Counted from the first letter of the stretch, positions 18,789-28,438 are shown. The stretch: 64,000 nt of DNA from an uncultured Thermoplasmata archaeon (GCA_963768855.1 CAVYJM010000006.1:768001-832000); one strand, 5' to 3'. Numbers and translations are program-made. The notes: generated from the sequence alone by a model not told the origin.

Positions 18789-20205
18789 GCTCGTCGAGCC
18801 TGCGGACCGTGTCGGCGGGCAACGGGTTGGGCGGGGCGTGGGTCAGGGCCTCCCGCACCTTGTCCCGGGCCCGGTCCTCCATGCTCCGGCTCCCGCTCGC
18901 GACCCAGAGGTCGTGGCTCCGGCGGTCCACGAGCCGCGGCTGAAAGTGTTCGGTCCGCAGGTGCTCCATCGTGTGCCGCTGCCCCAGGAACATGCCGCCG
19001 ATGCCCACCTTCTCGATCACGTCGAGCGCGAGATGATCCGCATCGACCATGATTCCGTCCGCGATGCGGCGGATCATGCTCACCATCTCGTCGTCGATGA
19101 AGAGCTGCTCCAGCCACAACGTCCGCGCGTCCTCCAGGAGTCCGATCCCGCAGATCAGGTCCGCGCCCCCGAGCACGAGCGACAGTCCGCTGGCAAACTG
19201 CTCCAGGGCGGCCTGCGTTCCGGGTACGGACGCCGTCGCGTCGAACCCGCCGCAGAGGCTTGGCACTCCATAGGCATGGGCGATCTGCGTCACGGCGGCG
19301 CCCGTGAGTCCATGCTCGGGCGACCCGCCGGCACGCGTGGTCGTCTTCATGTCGAGCGGGGCGATCCCCGTTCCCCAGATCACCGGGCACCCGGGATTCG
19401 CGAGCTGGCACATCGTGAGCCCGCTGAGGAATTCCATCGCCGCGACGACGACGGACCCCGCGAGCGTGACCGGCCCCGAGGTCCCCGGCCCCGGCATCGT
19501 GAAGATCGCCACGGGCACCCCGGCCTCCCCGAAGACGAACGCCGTGTCCATGTTCCCGCCATCGTGCTGGAGGGGGGCGATCGACGTGTGGACGGAGGAG
19601 ATGATGGGTCGCTTCCGGAGCGCTTCCCTCCCGCCGGTGACGGCTGCGGCCATGTCGACGAGCCGCCGTCCGTTCTCCGGCGTGACCGCCGTCGCGAACT
19701 GGACGTGCTTGTCCGTGTTCATCAATGAAACCTTGAGGTCGACGTAGGTCCGGATTCCGGGGGGCACATCTTGGGAGGTGACCATGGGCCAGAAGACATG
19801 GAGATTCTCGAGCGCGTTGGACACGATTGCCGTCTTGGCGAGGTCGGCCGCGGTCGAGGGGCGCCGCTCCCCCGTCTCGAAATCGATCGCGAGCGGTCCG
19901 TTCCCGTCGTTGCAGACGTGGACGTGCTGGAGATCGAGGTCCGCATCCTGGCTCGGACTCCGTCCGAACAGCGTGATGCGCTTCGCGGTGCGATTGAGCG
20001 CATCCTCGACCAGTGACGTCGGGATCCGCGCTACGTGGGTGGCCTCGTCCACGTGCGCGCCCGCCTCTGCAAGTAGCCGCCGTCCCCGGGCCGTCCCGAT
20101 CTTGACGCCGACCTTCTCGAGCTCGAGCAGGGCCGCTTGGTGGATCCGCCCGACGTCCTCTTTCGAGAGGACGGGATAGGGACGACGGATTGCGATCCCG
20201 CTCAT
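18757..20205 (-). CDS. mttB: MttB-superfamily methyltransferase paralog 3
   Basis: IHQAALLELEKVGV, IAPLQHD, SGPVTLAG, MDADHLALDVI/MFLGQRHT-type C-terminus; no internal TAG. Confidence 0.9.
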   Translation of the reverse strand: MSGIAIRRPYPVLSKEDVGRIHQAALLELEKVGVKIGTARGRRLLAEAGAHVDEATHVARIPTSLVEDALNRTAKRITLFGRSPSQDADLDLQHVHVCNDGNGPLAIDFETGERRPSTAADLAKTAIVSNALENLHVFWPMVTSQDVPPGIRTYVDLKVSLMNTDKHVQFATAVTPENGRRLVDMAAAVTGGREALRKRPIISSVHTSIAPLQHDGGNMDTAFVFGEAGVPVAIFTMPGPGTSGPVTLAGSVVVAAMEFLSGLTMCQLANPGCPVIWGTGIAPLDMKTTTRAGGSPEHGLTGAAVTQIAHAYGVPSLCGGFDATASVPGTQAALEQFASGLSLVLGGADLICGIGLLEDARTLWLEQLFIDDEMVSMIRRIADGIMVDADHLALDVIEKVGIGGMFLGQRHTMEHLRTEHFQPRLVDRRSHDLWVASGSRSMEDRARDKVREALTHAPPNPLPADTVRRLDELIEQARAAAA

Positions 20206-20858
20206 GAGTGCTTGCCGACGAGCTTCTGCGCCAGCCGCACCGCGCCGGACGCGTCGCCGGCCGTGCCGTCCGAGCCGATCTCCTTCGCGTACTGTTCCGT
20301 GACCGGCGCACCGCCGACGAGGAACTTCTCGCGCGAGCGGACGCCCTTCGTCTGCGCCGCGGCGAGCAGTTCCTTCATCCTCGGCATGGACGTCGTCATG
20401 AGGGCGGACACCCCGACGATCTCCGCGTTGATCTCCTTCGCCTTGGCGAGGATCGCGTCCGCGGGCTGGTTCACGCCCAGGTCGACGACGTCGAACCCGT
20501 TCGCCGTGAGCATCGTCCCGACGAGGTTCTTCCCGATCTCGTGAATGTCATCCTGCACGGTCGCGAGGACGACCTTGTGCGTCTCGCGCGCGGGCCCTCC
20601 CTTCGGCACGCGCGGTTCGAGGATCGCGACCCCGGTCCGCATCGTCTCCGCGGCCATGACGAGCTCGGGCAGGAAGCACTCGCCCGCACCGAACTTCTGG
20701 CCGACGTCGCGGATTCCAGCTCCCAACCCTTTCTCGATTCCGGCGAGCGGATCCATGCCGTGATCCAGAGCCTCCTTGGCCAGGGCGGGCATGCCTTCCA
20801 TGTCGTATTCCATGACGGCTTTCTTGAGTCGCGCTACGTAGTCCTCCGTGGTGTTCAC
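20202..20858 (-). CDS. Corrinoid (B12-binding) methyl-accepting protein, MttC/MtqC-like
   Basis: Cap domain GECFLPELV; DIHEIGKNLV (DxHxxG), VSALMTT, VGGAP; stop overlaps the mttB3 ATG. Confidence 0.93.
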   Translation of the reverse strand: MNTTEDYVARLKKAVMEYDMEGMPALAKEALDHGMDPLAGIEKGLGAGIRDVGQKFGAGECFLPELVMAAETMRTGVAILEPRVPKGGPARETHKVVLATVQDDIHEIGKNLVGTMLTANGFDVVDLGVNQPADAILAKAKEINAEIVGVSALMTTSMPRMKELLAAAQTKGVRSREKFLVGGAPVTEQYAKEIGSDGTAGDASGAVRLAQKLVGKHS

Positions 20859-20977
20859 CTCCGCCGTGCGGTGAACCGGGACGTGCCGTGGGGTGGAAAA
20901 CCTTTTGGCTCTTACCTTGTGCCGCAAACCTTGACATACTCCTTCCGGTTTCCCGCTGCACCTCGGGAGGCGGTGGA

Positions 20978-22534
20978 ATCGCATCCTACGATGCTGTCGT
21001 CATCGGCGCAGGCCACAACGGTCTCGTCGCGGCGAACTACCTCGCGAAAGCGGGTCTTCGCGTCGCAGTGGTGGAGCGCTCGGACCGGGTGGGCGGGGCC
21101 AGTGTCACGGACGAAATCGCCCCGGGATTCAGGGTGAGCGCGGCCGCCTACGTGTCGGGCCTGTTCCGCCCGCAGATCATCGAGGACCTCGAGCTGGCGA
21201 AGTACGGCCTGCGTCAGATCGCCTTCGACCCGCAGGCCTTCTGCCCATTTCCGGATGGCCGCTCGCTCCTCCTGTGGAGTGACGTCGAGCGCACGTGCAA
21301 GGAAGTCGCCCGGTTCTCGAAGAAGGATGCGGAAGGGTACCGCCGCTACGCGGCCTTCTGGGACTCGTTCTACGAGCTGATCGAGCCGATGCTCCTGTCG
21401 CCTCCCGTCCCGGTGGCCGATCTCGTGGACCTGATGCGGGGGGCAGAGGCGGAGGAGCTCATGCGGCGCCTCCTGTTCTACAGCGCCGAGGAACTCCTCG
21501 ACGAGTACTTCGAGTCGCCGGAGGTGAAGGCCGCCCTGGCGAACCAGAGCATCATCGGGCATTTCGCGGGGCCGTCCTCCCCATGCACCGCATTCACGCT
21601 GAGCCACAACCTCCTGGGGAACATCAACGGCGTCGTGGGCGCATGGGGCTTCACGGTGGGAGGCATGGGTGGGATCCCGGACGCTCTTGCCAAGGCCGCG
21701 CGGGCGCGCGGCGTGGAGATTCTCCTGAACGCCCCGGTCGGACGGGTCGTCACCGCGAACGGGCGAACGACCGGGGTGAGGCTCGAGGACGGTCGTGTCC
21801 TCGAATCGAAAGCGGTCCTCTCCAGTGCCGATCCGAAACGGACCTTCCTGGGAATGGTCGAGCCCGACGCGCTTCCATCCGAATTCCTCCGGGCGGTCTC
21901 CCGTATCAAGATCCACGGAGCCGCGATGAAGGTCAACTGCGCATTGTCGGAACTTCCGGAGTGGACGGCGCGGCCCGGTGGTCCCGGTCCGCACCACCGT
22001 GGGTCGACGTACCTCTGTCCCTCCATCGAGTATGTGGAGGCGGCGTTCGCGGACGCCAAGCGCGGAATCCCATCCCGAGCTCCGTGGATGGAGGTCGTCA
22101 CCCAGAGCGTCCTGGATCCGAGCGTCGCCCCTCCGGGGAAGCACACCCTCTCCGTCTACGTGCAGTACACGCCGTACCATCTCGCATCGAACTCCTGGGA
22201 CGACATTCGGGAAGCGTACGCGGACACGGTCCTGGAGACCCTCGCGCAGTACGCTCCGAACGTCCCGGACGCGGTCCTCGCCCGCGAAGTCCTCACGCCT
22301 CTCGATCTGGAGCGCCGGTTCGGGCTCACGGAGGCGCATCAGTCGCACGGAGAGATGGGCCCGGACCAGTTCTTCTCCTTCCGGCCCGTGCCCGGCTGGT
22401 CCAACTACCGCATGCCGATCCGGGGCCTCTACCTCTGCGGCGCGGGAACGCACCCCGGCGGCGGAGTGATGGGCGCACCCGGATACAACGGCGCGCAGGC
22501 CGTGATCGAGGATTGGGCCAGCCTCAAGGCGTGA
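20978..22534 (+). CDS. FAD-dependent oxidoreductase, phytoene desaturase/PYROXD2-like (copy 1)
   Basis: GAGHNGLVAA, APPGKH, GLYLCGAGTHPGGGVMGAPG; start proposed at ATC 20978 (alternative GTG 20888). Confidence 0.88.
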   Translation: MASYDAVVIGAGHNGLVAANYLAKAGLRVAVVERSDRVGGASVTDEIAPGFRVSAAAYVSGLFRPQIIEDLELAKYGLRQIAFDPQAFCPFPDGRSLLLWSDVERTCKEVARFSKKDAEGYRRYAAFWDSFYELIEPMLLSPPVPVADLVDLMRGAEAEELMRRLLFYSAEELLDEYFESPEVKAALANQSIIGHFAGPSSPCTAFTLSHNLLGNINGVVGAWGFTVGGMGGIPDALAKAARARGVEILLNAPVGRVVTANGRTTGVRLEDGRVLESKAVLSSADPKRTFLGMVEPDALPSEFLRAVSRIKIHGAAMKVNCALSELPEWTARPGGPGPHHRGSTYLCPSIEYVEAAFADAKRGIPSRAPWMEVVTQSVLDPSVAPPGKHTLSVYVQYTPYHLASNSWDDIREAYADTVLETLAQYAPNVPDAVLAREVLTPLDLERRFGLTEAHQSHGEMGPDQFFSFRPVPGWSNYRMPIRGLYLCGAGTHPGGGVMGAPGYNGAQAVIEDWASLKA

Positions 22535-22632
22535 GCCGGAACCGCGGGACATCCCCTGGCCGCTCCCGGCGGAGTCCCCTGCCGTACTTACCATAGGCTC
22601 ATGATTTTTGAGCGGCTACCCGCCTCGCATGA

Positions 22633-22677
22633 CCCCGGGGACGGTGAGCGGTCGCTTCGGGCTCGCTCACCCCGGGG
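22633..22677. other. Strong GC hairpin upstream of mttB4
   Basis: CCCCGGG/CCCGGGG outer stem and GTGAGCG/CGCTCAC inner stem. Confidence 0.45.
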
Positions 22678-22729
22678 CCTCGATGTCGCCCAGTGGCTCG
22701 GAGGCTCGAATTGACAGGAGGTGAAGGAC

Positions 22730-24160
22730 ATGGCGGTACTGCGGACGAAGTTCCTCGAGCGTGGCGAAGAAGACCTGATTCACGAGCAGAGCCTGAAGAG
22801 TCTGCAGGAAATCGGCGTCCTGATCCACAGCCCCGGCGTGCTCCAGATGCTGAAGGAGGCGGGGGCCGATGTCGACCTCAAGACGGAGATCGCGAAGATC
22901 CCGGAGTCCCTCGTCAAGGACGCGCTCAAGAAGGCCCCGAAGCGGATCCGGTACTGCGGCCGCGACTCGAAGCGCGACTTCGAGATCCCCACCGAGCGGT
23001 GGCCCTTCACCGCGACGAACGGCCTCGCGGTCCACATCGCCGACCTCGAGACCGGGAAGGATCATCCATCCACCCGTGCAGACCTCGCGGGTTTCTCGAG
23101 GCTCGCCGACGCCCTCGATCCAATCGACTACCTCTGGACATCGCTGACCGCCACGGACGTGCCCGAGGTGTCCCATGGTCTCCACGAGCTCTGGATCACC
23201 CTGCAGAACACGACCAAACATGTGGAGAGCATCACGGTGGCGGGTGCGGCCGATGCGAAGGCCCAGATCGCCCTGGCCGCCTTGGTGGCCGGCGGCGAGG
23301 ATGCCTTGAGGAAGCGGCCGCTGATGTCCGTGGTCTCGTGCCCTACGGCACCGCTCACGTTCAACCAGGTCGCGGTGGAGGCCCAGGTCGAGTTCGCAAA
23401 AGCCGGCGTCCCGGTCCTGTCGATGTCCATGTCGATGGGCGGCACGACGAGCCCCGTGACCGTCGCCGGGACGATCGTGAACATCAACACGGAGAACCTC
23501 GCGAGCCTCGCGATCGACCAGGTGGCCGCTCCAGGCTGCCCGCACATCTACACCTCGGATTCCACTCCAGTCGACATGAAAACTGGCTACATCGACTACA
23601 CGGCGTCCGAGACGCCGATGATCTGTGCTGCAGCGGTCCAGATGGCGAGACGGTACAAGCTCCCGTGCATGACGTCTGGATGGGGCGCCGCGGTCGGGAC
23701 GGAGGTCGGACTGCCGGCCTTCTCCGAGCTCGCGGGCATCATGGTCTCCGCCATGGGCGGCACGGACCTCTCCGCGGGAATGGGCGGACTCGACCACGCG
23801 AAGGGCGGCTCGTACGAAATGATGGTGCTCGACGCCGCGATCTGGGAGGACGTGCGCGCCTTCATGCGGGACATGACCGTCTCCGAGGAGACGATCGCGC
23901 TCGATGTGGTGCGGCAGGTGGGGCATGGCAACACCTTCCTGCGGCACCCGCACACCGTCCAGAACTTCCGGAAGGAGCTCTACTTCCGCGATGCCCAGAA
24001 GCTCGGCTGGCAGGCGACCCTTTCGAGCCGCATGATCCCGGAAGCCCGTGGCATCGCGAAGAAGATCCTGAAGGACCACGAGGTGCGGCGTTTCGACAAG
24101 GACGTCCTGCGCGACGGCGACGCGCTCATCCGTGCGTACGAGAAGGAGCACGCGTCCTGA
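22730..24160 (+). CDS. mttB: MttB-superfamily methyltransferase paralog 4
   Basis: IHEQSLKSLQEIGV, PTAPL, TSPVTVAG, IALDVVRQVGHGNTFLRHPHT; ATG after GGAGGTG. Confidence 0.88.
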   Translation: MAVLRTKFLERGEEDLIHEQSLKSLQEIGVLIHSPGVLQMLKEAGADVDLKTEIAKIPESLVKDALKKAPKRIRYCGRDSKRDFEIPTERWPFTATNGLAVHIADLETGKDHPSTRADLAGFSRLADALDPIDYLWTSLTATDVPEVSHGLHELWITLQNTTKHVESITVAGAADAKAQIALAALVAGGEDALRKRPLMSVVSCPTAPLTFNQVAVEAQVEFAKAGVPVLSMSMSMGGTTSPVTVAGTIVNINTENLASLAIDQVAAPGCPHIYTSDSTPVDMKTGYIDYTASETPMICAAAVQMARRYKLPCMTSGWGAAVGTEVGLPAFSELAGIMVSAMGGTDLSAGMGGLDHAKGGSYEMMVLDAAIWEDVRAFMRDMTVSEETIALDVVRQVGHGNTFLRHPHTVQNFRKELYFRDAQKLGWQATLSSRMIPEARGIAKKILKDHEVRRFDKDVLRDGDALIRAYEKEHAS

Positions 24161-24164
24161 GTCC

Positions 24165-25622
24165 TCACGCCGCCTTCAGGAGCTGCTTGCTCCCTTCGGC
24201 AACGACTCGTGCCAAGTCCTCCTCGACGTCGCGGTCCAGCGGCGTCACCACATGCTCCCGCAGCAGCTCGCGCACCTTCTCGCGGGCGGTATCCTGGATG
24301 GGTCGGATGCCCTCCGTCCTCGCCCGCTCCATGGTCCGCTTGTCCCACAGCGGGGAGTTGCGCATCTCACCCTCCCGGAGATACTTCATCGTGTGACGCT
24401 GCGCGAGGAAGTTGCCCATCGGGCCGACCTTGTCGATCACGTCGAGCGCGAGGCGGTCCTCGTCCACCTCGATTCCTCGCACGATGCGGAAGATGTCCGA
24501 GTAGATCTCGTCGTCGATGACCGCCATCTCGAGGGAGGCGGCGTTCTCCCACGCGCCCCCGATCCCGGAGAGGTTGTCCGCGCCCGCGAGCGCGGGCGGA
24601 AGGGCCGCCATCATCCGCTCGAGGCCGATCTGCAGATCCCATCCGTTCGCGTCCGTCGTGACCCCGTAGACGTCCGCCGTCATGTGGTAGCGGTGGGCGA
24701 TCTGGACGGTCGCCGCGGAGACGAGCCCGAGCTCGGGCAGGCCCCATAGGTTCTTCCCGGAGCGGAGGTCGAGGAAGCTGAGCCGCCCCGAGTACTGGGT
24801 CGGCAGCTTCGGGTCCACGGTCTGGAGGAGCATCACGCCCGCCAGGAGCTCCGCGTTCTGCTGCGCCAGCCCTCCCGCCAGGGAGAGCGGAGCGGTACCT
24901 CCGCCGATCGGGCAGGGCACGACGTCGACGGGGATGCCGTTCTCGGCCGCGAGGACCATGACGTCGCACACGTGGGTGTCGTAGGTGAGCGGGCTGCTGG
25001 GCGATCCATACAGAGTGAAGAAGGGGCGCCTCTGCAGTGCCTCCGCGCCGCCAGCCACGCACGCGCCCATCCGAAGCAGGACGTCCATCTCGGCCGTCCG
25101 CAGGGCGTAACCGGGGACACACTTGGACGTGTTCTTGATCATCGCCTCCACGGTCTTGATGACCAGGAGGGGGCCGGGTGCGTCCGTTGCGACGACGAGG
25201 GGCGATGCGGTGTGGCAGTTCGGGAGCGCGTCCTGGAGGCGCGTGCTCTCCTCGACGTCCCTCAGGGTGGAACTTCGGATCATCCCGGTCTCGGAATCCA
25301 GGATGGCTGGGTTCCCGCCGAGGGCGTGCGCGAACGTGTGCTCCCCGTCGAACGTGACGTCGTTCTTCGGGTCTCGGGCGCAGTAGGTCCCATAGCGGGG
25401 GATGTGGCGAATCGCCTCTTCGACGACGGCCCGCGGGAAGGTCAGGACGTTTTTCCGCTCGGGGTGCCGCAGGGCGCCGAGTTGCTCGAGCCGCCGCCTC
25501 GCGTCCTCGCCGTCGAACCGCGCGCCGGTCCGTTCCAGCAACCGGAGGGACGCGTCGTGGATTGCCTCCACTTGGTCGTCCGTCAGCACCTTGAGACGCG
25601 CCGGATTCCGAATCCCCTGCAT
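24165..25622 (-). CDS. mttB: MttB-superfamily methyltransferase paralog 5
   Basis: IHDASLRLLERTGA, PSSPL, GGTAPLSLAGGLAQQNAE, LALDVIDKVGPMGNFL. Confidence 0.9.
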   Translation of the reverse strand: MQGIRNPARLKVLTDDQVEAIHDASLRLLERTGARFDGEDARRRLEQLGALRHPERKNVLTFPRAVVEEAIRHIPRYGTYCARDPKNDVTFDGEHTFAHALGGNPAILDSETGMIRSSTLRDVEESTRLQDALPNCHTASPLVVATDAPGPLLVIKTVEAMIKNTSKCVPGYALRTAEMDVLLRMGACVAGGAEALQRRPFFTLYGSPSSPLTYDTHVCDVMVLAAENGIPVDVVPCPIGGGTAPLSLAGGLAQQNAELLAGVMLLQTVDPKLPTQYSGRLSFLDLRSGKNLWGLPELGLVSAATVQIAHRYHMTADVYGVTTDANGWDLQIGLERMMAALPPALAGADNLSGIGGAWENAASLEMAVIDDEIYSDIFRIVRGIEVDEDRLALDVIDKVGPMGNFLAQRHTMKYLREGEMRNSPLWDKRTMERARTEGIRPIQDTAREKVRELLREHVVTPLDRDVEEDLARVVAEGSKQLLKAA

Positions 25623-25742
25623 GCTCTCGCCTCTCGCGGGTCCCGCGCGCCGCATGCGCGGGTCGCAGGACCCTTCGCGACGGAGGTAGGGGGCTATGAA
25701 GGCTGAGCTCTTACAACTTGGGAAGAAAAGCGACGGCGAGGC

Positions 25743-26672
25743 TCAGGCGTCCCGAGGCAAGGCGTCTTCGAATCCGCGGTAGAGGTTCTCCAGGAGGGAC
25801 GGCACGAGGTCGGGCGGCGTGGCCCGCAACCCGCAGTCGGGCAGGACGAAGGCGAGGTGCTCGGGTGCAGCGGTTCGCACGATCTCCCGCAGCAGAGCCG
25901 CAACCTCGGAAGGTTTCATGACCTCCTCCGGTCGAGAGACCTGGACGTCGATGCACCCCGCCCCGAGGCGAAGGTCGCGGTCCTCCCAGGATCGAGGTTC
26001 GAGCAGGGCGCGGTTCTCCCGTTCCGCCTTGCCCGCGAAGGCCAGGCTCAGGACGGAGATCCGCTCCAGCCGGAACAGCGCGTCGAGGGCCTTCGTGCGC
26101 GCGAGCCCCCCGCAGACATGAAGGCTCATCCGTTCGCGCGGCAACTCAGAAGCGAGGAGATCGAGCCGGTGGATCTCCGGTCCGTAGTCCCGCATGCCCT
26201 GAGAAAGGATCGGCTCATCGAGCTGGAGGCTCGCGCCCCGGCGGCCGAGTTCGCGGGCGATGGGCCCGAGGGCCTCCGTGAGGTCGTCGTGGAGGGATGG
26301 GTCCATCGGCCCCCGGTAGGACGGGCCGGCACCGCTCGCCGCACAGGCGAGGAGGAAGGTCGCGGGTCCCGTGAGGCTCACCTTGAACGCGGCGCCTGGA
26401 TACAGGGACCGAAGTCGGTCGAGGTCGCGGACCTTCGTGAAACGGGCGGGGTCCTCCATGGGCCGGATGCGGCCCGTGATGCGGGGGACCCCGCGCCCTT
26501 CTTGGATTCCCGGGATCTCCGTGTACAGCGACAGCATGTCCCCGCGTTGCTCGCCGTCCGTCAGGAGCTCGATGCCGTGGGCGCGTTGCATTTCGACCGC
26601 GGCCTTCAGGGTCTCGTCCGGAGCACCGCCGAAGGGCGGAAGGCTGCCGATCAGGGTCAGGACGGGTCGCAT
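25743..26672 (-). CDS. Core (single-barrel) methionine synthase, MesA/MetE-catalytic-domain-like
   Basis: IGSLP, TDGEQ, QLDEP, Zn ligands HVC and PDCG; 309 aa, lacks the MetE N-terminal folate barrel. Confidence 0.8.
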   Translation of the reverse strand: MRPVLTLIGSLPPFGGAPDETLKAAVEMQRAHGIELLTDGEQRGDMLSLYTEIPGIQEGRGVPRITGRIRPMEDPARFTKVRDLDRLRSLYPGAAFKVSLTGPATFLLACAASGAGPSYRGPMDPSLHDDLTEALGPIARELGRRGASLQLDEPILSQGMRDYGPEIHRLDLLASELPRERMSLHVCGGLARTKALDALFRLERISVLSLAFAGKAERENRALLEPRSWEDRDLRLGAGCIDVQVSRPEEVMKPSEVAALLREIVRTAAPEHLAFVLPDCGLRATPPDLVPSLLENLYRGFEDALPRDA

Positions 26673-26821
26673 GCGAGGACCTTCTTCCGAGAGATTGCAT
26701 CCCGGCTAATGCGTCCTCGCGCTTCAATGTCGCGGCGGACGGCTCCCCTCGCCGGGCCCGAAGGGCGTCCTCCTGGAGTTCGCATTCCTTCCCGGAAAAC
26801 CTGTACTGCTCTTAGGGAGAC

Positions 26822-26830
26822 ATTAAATAA
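26822..26830. promoter_or_regulatory. TATA element between divergent core-metE and metV-metF
   Basis: ATTAAATAA in a GC-rich background, readable as a TATA box on both strands. Confidence 0.55.
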
Positions 26831-26970
26831 ATCCTGGGACGCTCGAATCCCTGGGAGGCCGCTGCAATGCCGGGCGTGTGTACGTTCTCACATCCGATCA
26901 GGGTTCGAGTCCGTTCCGCCCCGCGTGGTCCGCGGTCCCGAAGGACGTAGGTGTCGCCAGGAGGTGGAAC

Positions 26971-27390
26971 ATGGAGACGAGCGAGCACGTGCCGGAAATG
27001 CTGGAGCCGATTGGGAAAGTCCTGCGTCGGCATCCCAAGGTGAACCGCCAACTCAATCGGGCCCTCGCGCCGTTTGAGAACTCGGCGAAGGTGCTGATGT
27101 TCAGCTGCAACATGTGCGGTCAATGTCTCCTCCACGAGAACGGCTACACCTGCTTGATGAACTGCCCCAAGCAGCTCCGGAACGGCCCCTGCGGCGGCGT
27201 CCGGATGAACGGGCACTGCGAGGTGAAGGCGGACATGGAATGCGTCTGGCTGAAGGCGGAGCGGCGCTCGCGCCGCTTCCCCGGACGCTACCTCTTCCTG
27301 CGGATTCATGCGCCCCTCGACTGGCGGAGGAAAGGAAGCTCCGCCATTCTGAACGCAATCGCAGGGTGGCCGGGTAACGGGAAGGAATGA
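26971..27390 (+). CDS. MTHFR C-terminal-like Cys-rich subunit (MetV-like)
   Basis: CNMCGQC, CLMNCPKQLRNGPCGG, CEV, CVW; ATG after GGAGGTG. Confidence 0.85.
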   Translation: METSEHVPEMLEPIGKVLRRHPKVNRQLNRALAPFENSAKVLMFSCNMCGQCLLHENGYTCLMNCPKQLRNGPCGGVRMNGHCEVKADMECVWLKAERRSRRFPGRYLFLRIHAPLDWRRKGSSAILNAIAGWPGNGKE

Positions 27391-28427
27391 CCATGCTCCC
27401 CGCCGAGCCCCAGCGGGGCCGCTTCGAGCGCGCGCTGCGCTCGGGCCGTCCCGTGGTGACGTGTGAGATCGGCAGCCCGGATGGCGCGGATCCCGCCGAC
27501 ATCCGCAAGCGCGCGAAACTCGTGCGCGACTGGGTCGACGCGGTCAACGTCCCCGACAACACGGGCGGGGTCGTCCACGCGTCTCCCCTCGCGGCGTGCG
27601 CGATCCTCGTCCAGGAGGGAATCGACCCGGTCCTGCACATGACCTGCCGGGACCGGAACCGCATGGCCCTCCAGAGCGACATGCTCGGAGCGGCCCTCCT
27701 CGGAATCCGCAACATCCTGTGCCTCACCGGAGACCACATGATCCACGGCGATCAACCGGAGACCAAGCCGGTCTATGACGTCGACTCCGTGATCCTGCTC
27801 GAGATCGTGAACCACCTGACCCACCAGGGCAAGTATCTCAGCGGCCGAGAGATCGATCCTCCGCCGGACCTGTTCCCCGGCTGCGCCGCGGAACCCTTCG
27901 CCCCTCCCTACGAATACCGACCGCTCCGCCTCCAGAAAAAGGTCGAGGCGGGCGCCCAGTTCGTCCAGACGCAGATCGTGTTCAACGTGGACCGGTTCCG
28001 CGAGTACATGGGCCGGGTGCACGACCTCGGGGTCGACAAGCGGGTCCCGATCCTCGCGGGAGTCGCCCCGATCCGATCCGTCAAGGCCGCGACCTTCATG
28101 CGGGACGAGGTCCCGGGCATGGAAGTCCCGGACCGCCTCGTGCGCCGCATGGCGCAGGCGGGCGACGACAAGAAGAAGCGAGAAGCCGAGGGGATCGCGA
28201 TCTGCGTCGAGATCATCGAGGAGATCCGGAAGATCCCGGGCGTCGCGGGGTTCCACATCATGCCGATCAACTGGGAATCCGCGGTGGCCAAGATCTCCCG
28301 CGAGGCGCACCTGCAGCCCGCCATCGCCTCCCCGAAAGCGCCTGCCGATGTGGCGAAGGCCGTGGCGCCCGCCACGTTCGTCGCGCCCGCATCCGCCGTG
28401 TCTCTGTCGCTCCAGCCGAAGTCCTAG
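27387..28427 (+). CDS. metF: Methylenetetrahydrofolate reductase
   Basis: DAVNVPDN, HMTCRDRN, NILCLTGDH, KKVEAGAQFVQTQ, GFHIM; ATGA overlap with metV. Confidence 0.92.
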   Translation: MTMLPAEPQRGRFERALRSGRPVVTCEIGSPDGADPADIRKRAKLVRDWVDAVNVPDNTGGVVHASPLAACAILVQEGIDPVLHMTCRDRNRMALQSDMLGAALLGIRNILCLTGDHMIHGDQPETKPVYDVDSVILLEIVNHLTHQGKYLSGREIDPPPDLFPGCAAEPFAPPYEYRPLRLQKKVEAGAQFVQTQIVFNVDRFREYMGRVHDLGVDKRVPILAGVAPIRSVKAATFMRDEVPGMEVPDRLVRRMAQAGDDKKKREAEGIAICVEIIEEIRKIPGVAGFHIMPINWESAVAKISREAHLQPAIASPKAPADVAKAVAPATFVAPASAVSLSLQPKS

Positions 28428-28438
28428 GAGGAGATTCG

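Noticed and set aside
1415-25622. Pyrrolysine readthrough in mttB genes
   Set aside because: No in-frame TAG at the expected site and no pyl genes in the window; the mttB2 break is a frameshift
26895-26925. tRNA fragment suggested by GGTTCGAGTCC
   Set aside because: The T-stem pairs only 2-3 bp and there is no acceptor or anticodon arm
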